Source: Balanoglossus misakiensis (lineage: Eukaryota; Animalia; Hemichordata). Taken from it: 64,000 nucleotides of DNA. Every line of letters starts with the position of its first letter. The stretch's first letter is position 1. Under the pieces are notes generated by a model, which saw nothing but the letters and a program-made list of their open reading frames with translations, was not told the DNA's origin and did no database searches. Shown here piece after piece: positions 16,231 to 26,858 of the stretch. The stretch is taken from positions 1,470,831 through 1,534,830 of the forward strand of contig CM082578.2 in assembly GCA_040954595.2 (NCBI GenBank), written 5' to 3'. A program made the position numbers and the translations under genes.

Positions 16231-17767
16231 TCAGTAGAGATTGTGGTACCTTTGAGACTTTTGTAAATGCAACTTGTGAGAAGTACAGTGAGACACCAAC
16301 TGATGGTACCTGTTCATTTGGAACATTCTACACAAGTATGGTTGCTGGTATGGCCAATTTTCAAGATTCACATGTAAGTATAGATAACGTTAGTTCTTGA
16401 AAGACTATGTACATGATTGGCTGTGATGTCAATACTGACCGGATGGTCTGTCATTTCGAGTCATTGTGATTTGTAACAATTTTTGTTATGAATAATTTTA
16501 TTTCATCTTGTTCGTTTTTGTGTGTTGCGCTGTTTTTTTTAATTTTCTCAGCTAAGATTGATATAATCGCTTTGTATTTGAAGAAACCCTGCTGGCTTTA
16601 GTACTTCCAGTGTTGTCTAAAGAAGGAGATTTTGGTTTCTGTGATTGCAGGTTTGTCGGCAATGCCTGAACGTGATTGGTTCAAATGATGTATCTGTAGT
16701 TGTCCGGGTAACAGACATGTGCATGTACCCATACTGCATGATTGATGAAGATGGTCTGGTTCTAAGTGAGGATGCTTACAACATCTTGTCAGATGGTGAA
16801 AGTCCTTCATCTCTTCTTGTATCCTACTCTGTTATTGCCTGTCCTGAAGATGTCTCCATCAAGTTCAAGGTTTGTGAAACAAAACAATTATTAACTAATT
16901 TATATACCCTTGTCTTTAATTGTCACATCTTGGCAAACTTGTTTGAAACCTCCCTAGCCATTTTTTTAAGTATTTGTAAGATTGAAGTTGAAATTGTCAA
17001 GAGTATTCATCTGTTTCTTTACTGGAAGTTTAGATCTCCTGGAAATCAAACCAGTCTCAACTGATTTGGACAAGGGAAATTCCAGTGGGGACTAGGTCAT
17101 TGACAATGATTTGTTGCAAATACTGTAAAACGGGAAATTTTCACGCCAGGAAATTTTCGCAATATCAAAAGAGGCAACTGTTACGCGAGGATTAATTTTG
17201 GCGTTCTTGTATTTCACTAACTGCATCGTTAAATCTGAAAAACATTTCACACGACATTTATTTTCACGTCTCTTTTAGATCTTGCGTATTTTGCGAAAAT
17301 TTATGCTCGCGAAAATAACCCATTTTACAGTAAGTCTTGCTCTAAATTTCAAAGTATTAGGACCAACCAGGGACTGTGTTGTTCATCTTTTTAGTGTACT
17401 GCATATTGATTGATTGATTTGTTTATTTAGTTTGCAGAGAGCATTTCTGCATCATTCAGCTTATTAATATTGGATCATCGTTACCCTGTCACCACTGTGG
17501 AAGTCCACACAACTGGTCCCTGGATTACTCTAGACAGACTCAGTGATAACTTATTTGAACCACCCATTGGTTCTGGTGATATACAAGCCCCTCTAAATGT
17601 CAAGGTCTATTCGGTGTCTGGTAAAATTAACTACAGGGTTACAGACTTTGAGTTTGATGAGATTATTGACACCTCCAAGCAATTTCGACATTGTGAGGAT
17701 GATGAGCTTGAAGTTACTACACTTCCAGACTTTGGAATAGTTACAACAATTGAGAGTACGCTTGAAG
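16231..17767 (+). CDS. Expansin-like domain copy 2 (exons 16231-16373, 16651-16869, 17431-17767), open reading frame
   Basis: Spliced product (phases 1-0-0-1) is a full DPBB + CBM63-like domain: ...LDHRYPVTTVEVHTTGPWITLDRLSDNLF...PLNVKVYSVSGK...TSKQF. Confidence 0.82.
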
Positions 17768-18314
17768 GTAAGATGGTTTCATTTTATACAATATGTAATT
17801 ATTTTACTGTATAACATAGGTCAATGTTGCTGATGATTTCAATGGAGTGTAGCTGAATTTGTTACATTAGTTGTGATATCTGATATTGTGTTTTGCACAC
17901 CAATATCTGGTACACTCTTATGCAAAATTTTCGCAAGAGGAAATGTTCATGATATCAAATGTGGCAACTGTTACGTGGCGATTAATTTTCACGTTCTGGT
18001 ATTTCACTGCATCGTTATCTCTGAAAACCATAAGCGACTTTTTTTTTCACCAGTAAATTTATCGTTCGTGAAAATTTCCTATTTTACTGTATTTTGAATA
18101 AGAAATCTCAACACCCTCATAAACAATTGCATTAAAGAAAGCAATAGAATAATAACACAATATCATTTGAATCACACACCGGGATGAGAATACCTTGAAA
18201 TTGTCTCCTGCCAGGAACATTGATTCAATACTGTTCATGTTAGTGGAGAACAATATAACATTAGATTTCCTTGTTCTAGATTATTAAAATTGTAATGTTC
18301 ATTTTTATCAACAG

Positions 18315-19531
18315 ATGAAACAACGCTGGAATATTTAACTAGTCCCTACACCGAAGGCACAGAAAAAAGCATCTCAACTGATGGACATGCCATAACTTCG
18401 CCCAGAATGACAACTGTGTTGGACACAGACAATATACCGGCTGTGACAACTGGAAAAAGCAAGTCAACCACAACAGTTACTATGGTTACAGTAACCATGC
18501 CTGTTGTCGTGACAACAGTAGAGGCAAGTTCTGAAAAGCCTGATCAGCAGTCAAGCACAGAAGGTGAGGGTACATACAAGACAACATCTGCTCCGATCTC
18601 AAAAACAGAAATGATGTCAACAGCAGAATCTGTGGATATTACTCCTGCAGACCAGACTTCAGAGTATGACGATGCAAGTGATGTGATGCCAACAGAGTCA
18701 TGGACCACACCAGAGAAATTGTTGACAACAAACAAAATGGACGCCACCACACCAGAGACACTTTTGACAACAAATAAAATGGACGGCACCACAGAATATT
18801 GGCAAACGGTAGAAGGCACCACAGAATGGCAAACACAAATGATAACTGATGATACTGCCAATTCCCAAAGAAGAACAACAAGAAAACATACAACTGAGGC
18901 ACCGACAGATCTGTTAACATCAAAAGGTGAATGTATACGAATTTCTACACTTTTCAGCATTATGAGCTCCAAAGTAAGGATTGATCTTGTTTACTTAGTT
19001 GACACGACTCTAGCTCCTGGATGACACCATTATTTTTAGGGGGTGAGGGGTGGAAGAAAGGAGAAAACATATTCACTCCTCACTTTTTTTTCAAAGAAAT
19101 GTAGGTTTACTTCCTATTATGATAAAGTAAACTATGAATAATAAAACATTGAAAATTTGGCTTTATTGATAGAAACTTCATGTACGGGTACAGTGAAAAT
19201 TTCAATTGAAAAAAAAAAATTCATAATACCTGCAATGTAAACAGTCATACATTGTTAGTTACCATCATCATCGTTGTTTGAATCAGACTCTATGTCACAA
19301 ATGAGGCAATAACAATGCTCAGTGCAATTGATCTGTATACAGTTGGTCAAATAACTCTTCCACTCTTATCATATAGACACCCATGTCCAGTGTGTAATAT
19401 AAAGTATTCATTCAATTTCATTTATACAGTATAACATGATGTCAGTACTAAACCAACTACGAAACCAGCAACAACTCTGAAAGCCACAACAGGTGGTCTT
19501 ACGACCCTACCAACTCCAACTCAACTACCAG
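18315..19531 (+). CDS. Mucin-like exons 18315-18926 and 19430-19531 (the second has an in-frame TAA at 19432-19434)
   Basis: Thr-rich with a 42-bp repeat (TTPEKLLTTNKMDA); phase 1-1 splice sites. Confidence 0.7.
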
Positions 19532-19954
19532 GTAAGAGATATTACCCTTAGTTTGGTTGATAACGTGTTGTATTTGAGTGATGTCTCAAAGTGTTAAAAC
19601 AAAACATCCAGAAAACTTGTTTTTGGAAGTTAATTTAAATTGCTTGTCACATAATAGTTGTGTAAACAATGGTCACACCAAAATGTTCTCCTATATTTAC
19701 TTTCAGAAAATATATACTTTTAGGGGATTCTCGATAATTAACAGAACTTGATAATTAACAGAGAAATGTTTATTTCAAAAAGTGATTTTTTTTCTTGTAT
19801 CTTTCATACACACCATGAAGTAATAATACAGTTAAATTTAAAATCAGAATAAACCACAAAGAGTTGAACCCATTTATGCTTTGAACAAATTGACCTGAAG
19901 AGAATAGGAGTTGTATGGGTCTGTATTTACAATTAATTGATAATTACTTTGCAG

Positions 19955-20957
19955 ACCGTGACGTTCCTGACTACTGTGCACAGCTTAGTGTGTCATATAA
20001 TGGTAGTGGGCAGATTACAGACCAGCAATCCTGTGGCAACTACTATGGTACAGAAATAACAACACAACTTGTTAATGGTTTAACTCAACTCCTGTCTCAA
20101 GATCCATCAGGAGCATGTGTTCCTCTTGCTGGTCTGGTTACAATCAATATCGCATTATCCATAAGTCTCACCTCGCTATCGGATAATTCGGTGGGTACTC
20201 TAACTGTCTCTTTCAGTCTTGCAGAAAATCTTGTAGACTCTTTCTGGAGTCTAGAATATTACACTCAACAAATTGTTCACTTCATAGCATTTTATCTCAC
20301 ATGCTCTTCAGATTGCATATCCAAAGAAAAAATGCATATTGGGAGAATATTTTCATGCAAATGTGACAACCATGCGATGTTTAATTTTGTCGATACAATC
20401 GATCGTAAACTGCTCAGCTGAAACAGTGAGCAGTCATCTTTCTTTTTTGTTTACGTGCGTTGGAGTGGGGATGTCTTGAAACCGTCCGCATAACAGTACA
20501 TACCTGTACACGGTGAGTTGGGGCGCCTTGAAACTTAAGGCGTATTTAACACGCGTTCCGTACGTACCGTTCCGTATGGCTTTTTAGTACACGCTAAATT
20601 CTATTGTTCTTGGTGCCAGATGCATAATAATAAAGCATATTAAACATAACATCTTTTAAAACAAATGCTTATGACTGTATTTTCATTACCTGCAGCTTTT
20701 AATGGATGTGGGGCTGAACTTACTGATTGAACCCATAGACCCATTGAGCCCTGGATACGACAATGCAGAATTGTTGGGATGTGGTCTTCAACTAATCTTT
20801 TATCTGACCAACCATCCAAGTGTATTTCCAGTTTTGGTTGCCATTGACAGTTCAGACAATTGTCCAGAACTATCATCTTCTGCAAACCCAATTCAAGAAG
20901 ATGATGCAACATTCTGTTGTCCTGAAGGATATGAGCTCTTCCAGAATGTCAGATGCA
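19955..20957 (+). CDS. uif-type SEA-like module, extra copy (exons 19955-20190, 20696-20957)
   Basis: DRDVPDYC...C.NYY...LTQLLSQ...C | ...CGLQLIF...CPELS...CCPEG. Homologous to exons 23386-23606 and 24467-24707. Confidence 0.7.
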
Positions 20958-21426
20958 GTATGTATAAAATCATTATTTTTATTCACACTAAAGTGGCGCT
21001 TATATCTCTTCTTTTCTTTTAAGGATGTATGCGCAGAACATAAACCGGAAAACTGCACGCACCCGTCTTTTTCCCATAGGATTACATTGATAATTGCTAG
21101 AAAACAAACTTCTTCTATTGTCATTGTCACAAAATTTTCTACATAGCTCAGTCCAGTAAATATAAATTCATTGGTCACTTAAAATATAAGGGTCACCTTG
21201 CTCTATTTTGAGATAAATTGCATTAAAAAAAAATTTGCCCATAGACAAACCATTGGTGAAAAATGCTGAATCAGCAGTTTTCTGCTATTATCGACTAAAT
21301 TCGTGACTCTGTAATGTGTATTTCATAAACAGGCACGGTCATCAGGTAAATGCATGCTATGAGCGGTGTGTTACAAGCATGAATTAAGTATTACTTACAG
21401 AAAAAAAATTCTTCTTATTTCAACAG

Positions 21427-21525
21427 CAGCCGCAGTGGAAGTTGTGAGGAAAAGAAGGGATGCATCTGAACAGTCATCATTTCTCACTAATGCTAAATGG
21501 AATGGCACTGCACCTGTTTGTATTG
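21427..21525 (+). CDS. Exon with a furin site (RKRR) and the C-terminal end of the split sushi (KWNGTAPVC)
   Basis: 99-bp phase 1-1 exon reading AAVEVVRKRRDASEQSSFLTNAKWNGTAPVCI. Confidence 0.8.
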
Positions 21526-22204
21526 GTATGTTCATTAGGTCAAAATAAAAAAATATGTGCTGTTACCAATTACCCGACCTACCCTAAGTATAACCCGCTG
21601 ACCCTAAACATTTTAGAGCTTCCTAAACCGGAAGTATAAAAAACAATGTCAAATATACAAAATTTATGAAAATTGCAAGAATCACGTAAGAATTATGACG
21701 TTATTCTTATACACTACGGCGGCCAGAGTAATAAAAAAATGCAACATAAAAAAACATTCCCTACCTACCTACCCTATTTTTGAAAACCATGTAATCAGAA
21801 CAGCACAATTTAGCAATTTATCCGCCAGATTGAGTTCTTGAATGAAATCACCAATGTTGGAATTGGATTTTAATGTTTGTTTGTGTTTCATTCTAATTTG
21901 ATTCTGATTGTGTTTCATTCTGATTTGATTTGATTTGATTTCATGCATTGTCTGCCTGCTTTCATTTGTGGAAATCACAAAGCTTATAAATGGTCCATCA
22001 TTGGAGTGGTTGTCAACATCACTGGGAAAAAGGACGATGTTCAACTGGTTTAGCAATTGGGGTTGTCATGGAGCCACCTACAGAACAGTTCTTCTCCCAG
22101 CTGAATTCAAGATTACTATGTCGCTTTAATGGCTGGCAAGTATTGTGGTTACAAACTTGGCAGATTACAGTCTCATATCTTATGAAATATTTTTTGGCTT
22201 GCAG

Positions 22205-25200
22205 ATACCATGCCACCAACTTTAGACTGTCCAGACACGTACGTAATTCTTGTTGATGAAGTGGAACACAATGTGTCATATCCAGCAGTCTCTGTTGTAG
22301 ACAACCACGGAATCAGTGACGTCATATATGAACCACCAAATGGAACTGCAGTTGAAACCAGGAACTACCGGTACATCACAGTGACTGTTACTGCAACCGA
22401 TTACAGTGGCAACCAGGCTCAGTGTCAATTTGATGTTTCTGTTCAACGTAAGTGTTCAGCTAAACTAGCCCACTAGTCGCTTGGTGAATTTTGAATCTCA
22501 ATACTTTTGTGTGTTTGTGGTGATTTTTTGTCTTTATAATACTTTTTGTGTGCATGCTGCTTTGAGCGTTTTTCTGGTACTGAGTTGAGTTTCGAAAATA
22601 ATGCAAGAAGTGGTGGCAGAGACTTTAAACATTTAGAAGTTAATATGGCATTGTTTTGAGACATTAGACATTTCACCTTTTAACATCTCATTTTGTTATT
22701 CAGCTGATACATGTCCAGAGTGGTCACTACCTACACCAGAAGGTGGACAGAAGACTTGCACCCGTGTCATGGGAGGACCACTGGGTTCAGGATTCTCATG
22801 TGCATTGTCCTGTCAAGCTGGTTATGATTTCATTCAAGAAATTGATTCACCTGGAGGAATGTACACCTGCATAATTGGTGGAACATGGCTACCCCATAAT
22901 TACGTACCTGATTGTGTTGGTGTGTATGGGCTTCTACTGATCTATTTTTGCGTAATTGAAATTCAACTGATATCATATCAATATTCATTAGGCCCCCAAA
23001 ATAATATGTGAATGCTGATGCAGATAATAAACTTGAAGAACCAAAATAACCAACTAATTCAGTGTTACTGTTGGTTCAAATTTTCTCTGTATATTGTTGA
23101 TATGTGAGGGAATTTGTGTTTTCAGTTTGCTATGTGTGCCCTTATATAAACTGATCATTTTATAATCAGTCAATACCTACATTTTTATAATCAGTCAATA
23201 CCTACATTTTTATAATCCGTCAATACCTACATTACCGCATGGAAGATGGCACTAGTCCAGATTTGAGTTGATTAGCAAAAATGGGATTTTTTCACCAGCT
23301 TAGTAAAGCGAAAACTGGATTGACGATTGACAATTCAAATAGTTGGCCTGAAGTTAAATTCTCTTCCATATTGATCTTTCCACAGAGAAGGAAGTTCCAG
23401 ATTATTGCCTGACTGTGGGAGGTGTATACAACTCTGTGATAACCATTCCAAGTGATACCAACCAATGTATCTCATATTACGAGTCGAGTCTGCTTGGAAT
23501 TGTGCAGTCTGTTGAACCACTGTTGTCGGTCCTGTGTAACTCGATTGAAGACAGTGTTGAAGTTCAAAGTGACTATTCAACAATGGCCATAGTAGACTCC
23601 AATCAGGTATTATTATATGTCCTGCTGGAAAATTTTACAGTTTTATGATGAAGAAGAAGGTTGATGTAATCCTTTATTTGATTTCTGTCGTTACATTATT
23701 GTACAATGTGTTACCCTAAGGTTGGGTTCTCCAAGGTGTGTCATTTTTAAGAAGCATTATCTTGTTATTGGAGGGACAAAGTCTCTCGCTCGCTGCCGTT
23801 TTCCCATTAATTATGTTTGGTACAAGACACAGTTTATGTTATTCTACATGTGGATATATAGTGAATCATCATTTGACCACACACAACTTCCATCTTGTTT
23901 GTAGGATATGAGAGTAAAAACTCGCCCAAAATGAATGAATGGTATTCATTTTTCGCGTGTTTTTTCACTGTCGCGTCTACAAGAGGATAGAAGTTGTGTG
24001 TGGTCAAACATTGATTCTCTATATATCCACATGTAGAATAACATAAACAGTGTCTTGTAATTGTATCAAACATAATCCCTTTAAATGCTCCATAATAGCT
24101 TTATCTTTTTGCTACGTTTTCAGTGTGTTTGTTTTGTGTATCTACTGCAGTTTCTTGTTCAAATACCTGAAGAATCATAAAATGTTGAGCATTTGGCTTA
24201 ATATCAACACAACATATATGTGAATGGTCAGCATTGTTATTGTGCAAAATTTAATTTCAGACTAGAATTCATTTGTCAACAATAACAATGGCTGTTACAC
24301 GCATACATGATAAGTACTGGGTATAGTAACATGCTGTTTGGAGTAGAACAAGAAATAGCGTTTGATACACGGAAGAAAATACTGAAAAAAAGCCAAAAGT
24401 TACAGCTACTGTGTCCTTTTAATCCATTAAACCAAACTTTCTATTTGGTGTTTTTCATACCGGTAGGTGAATGCAACAGTTGCCATGAAATTACTTGCAA
24501 AGACAGACAATGCAACAAGTTTAGATCTCCAAACCTGCGGTGATAGTATAATGAGTGCAATTACAACTCAGTTCAGTCAATTTAACAGTCTCATCAAAAT
24601 CGAGGCAAATGGTGCTTGTCCAGAATTGAATCTGTCAGGAGCCCCAACTAATGAGTTCTCAGGATGTTGCTGTCCATCTGGAAAGATTCTCAGTGACTGT
24701 TATTGTTGTAAGTATCATCAATCCAATATACCTTGAACCAAGAGTCTAAGTTTATGGTGTCAATTACTTGTCAACTTATAAATATTTTCATCCCAACCCA
24801 CTAGTGACTTATACTGGTGTACCATATGCTTCGACATATCTCCAAGGCTTACATGCATATACACCTTACACAACAGCTTATAAACAGCATCATTATCATC
24901 ACAATTTATCCTGATATAATTGTTCATAGACAGTTGCTCCGAAAAAATGCATAATTTAATTAGTACAGTAAAACCTGTCTAAACTGAACCCTGTCGAATC
25001 TGGAAACCTGTCTAAACCAAACACATTGTCCTGTCTCTTCGACATACATGTAGAACACCATGTTAAAAGAACGTCTATAAAACCAAACACCTCTGCAAAC
25101 TGAACAGTTTCTTCAGTCCATTTGGTGTTCAGTTAAGACAATTTTTACTGTACTGGTATATGTGTCACTTCTGTGCCTTGATGAGTTAAAGGGAAGAGGT

Positions 25201-26714
25201 TGTCCCACCGCGTGGGTGTCCTCCTTGATGAGAATATGTCCTCCAATACAAGCACAAACCCCACTGCAGTCATCAAGACGTACTAGGATCTTCAGTTTCT
25301 GTCATGCCCAGTCTATGCTGCGGTTGGCTGCTTTGTTATTCATCCTAAGAATTATCTATTTTCAGAGATTTGTGGATGCATTATAATGTTTATAAACAAA
25401 CAAATGCGTCGCGATGACCCCTTCACTTTAAACATCTTTGTCTTTTTAATCTGTTACATCGTAGTGACGTGTACAGCTGGAACTTATGATACAGGAGATG
25501 AATGTGCTAGCTGTCCTGTTGGATCTTATCAAAATTCCGCTGGTCAAACATCATGCATTACCTGTCCATCAGGTTATAGTACACACGATAAACACAGCAA
25601 GAGTCAAGATGACTGTATTGGTAAGAGAAATAGTCTATAACGAATACCACATCATCTCTGATGAGCTAGCACTGTGACTGACAGACTCGTTTATTTTATT
25701 CCACATACGGTTTTGGTAACACGTACAAACGAGATTTTAAAAAAAGCCATTACATGAATACTTTGAATTTTACAGATCGCACATCATGCAAACAAGGTGC
25801 TTCTGTTGGATGTAATTGTAAAAAACTGTGTTGCTATTGACTTCTCTAGATTTCAATCTTTTTATGACGTGATGATTCAAAACTAAATAGTACATGCAGT
25901 TTATGAATATATAGTGTTTAAGGTCAAATTGTGATCTTTTTTTAACTTTTAGAGTTGTGCAAACCTGGCTATTACTCAGATGATGGTAAAGCTCCATGTA
26001 CACAATGTGTGCAAGGATCTTATCAACCAGATTATGGTTCTACTGATTGTCATCTGTGCCCAAATGACACGTCAACACACGGGGTAGCAGTTGTAGTAGA
26101 GAGTTGCAAAGGTAGGAAGATTATTTTACAATGCCAAGTTTTTATTGGGCCAAAAAAATAGTATATGCTGTTCTGATTACATGGTTTTCAGAAATAAGGT
26201 AGGTAGGTAGGTAAGGATTTTTTTTTATTTTGCGATTTTTTTTAGCTCTCAATGTGCATTTCACATCAGAAAAAACTATAGTGTAGAAGAATGACATCAT
26301 AGTCCTGCGTGATGTGCGCGATTTCGTCATAGTTCTCGCATGATTTGCGCAATTTTCATAAATTTTGTATGTTTGACAACAATGTTTTTTTTTACTTCTG
26401 GGTTTACGAAGCTCTAAAAAGTTTAGGGTCAGCAGGTTATAATTAGGGTAGGTCGGGTAATCGGAACAGCACATATTTTTTATTTTGGCCTCATTTCATC
26501 TTTTCCAGGATACAACATCATATTAAAATTTCAATTTGTATTTAACTTCCAGAAAAATGCACAGTTGGCTCATATTCCAACACTGGTCTTGAGCCATGTG
26601 TACTTTGTCCCCGTCACTATTACCAGAATGAGAGTGGTTCCAGAGAATGCAACCCATGTCCAACAGGACTGCGTACAACGCATGAAGGTGCCAATAGTTT
26701 GGATGACTGTATAG
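22205..26714 (+). CDS. HYR (22205-22447), sushi (22704-22919), SEA-like module (23386-23606, 24467-24707), three GCC2/GCC3 (ephrin-receptor-like) repeats (25465-25620, 25953-26111, 26553-26714)
   Basis: PPTLDCP...DNHG...TATDYSGNQAQCQFDV (HYR) and CPVGSYQNSAGQTSCITCP-type repeats, with canonical splice sites. Confidence 0.88.
24964..25152. mobile_element. pogo/Tigger-like MITE (TACAGTAAAACCTGTCTAAAC...TTTTACTGTA)
   Basis: TA-flanked TIRs. Relatives at ~36500-36620, ~43779-43955, ~46380-46561, ~48287 and ~57206. Confidence 0.65.
25187..25432. mobile_element. TTAA-flanked Kolobok-like non-autonomous element (second family)
   Basis: ttaaAGGGAAGAGG...CCCTTCACTttaa, with an inverted copy at ~42533-42758. 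Confidence 0.55.
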
Positions 26715-26858
26715 GTAGGTACATTTGGCATAAAAATTGAAGGGTTTACTTATATATTGATTACATATTCTTTTCCTATTTCTTGAGTTTCTTGCAAAAA
26801 AAAAACATATTGACCAAATTTGATCATTATGGTTTTATGTTTACATCGTTTATTTCAG

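Noticed and set aside
13431-16869. GH45 endoglucanase or stand-alone RlpA/barwin assignment
   Set aside because: The DPBB is followed directly by a CBM63-like domain, and the HFD catalytic motif is absent.
13431-17767. Bacterial contamination as the source of the expansin-like sequence
   Set aside because: It is split by GT-AG introns containing the same MITE families as the rest of the window and is phase-compatible with the flanking animal exons.
23153-23232. 3 x ~27-bp tandem repeat as a CRISPR-like array
   Set aside because: There are no spacers and the context is a eukaryotic intron; it is a simple minisatellite.
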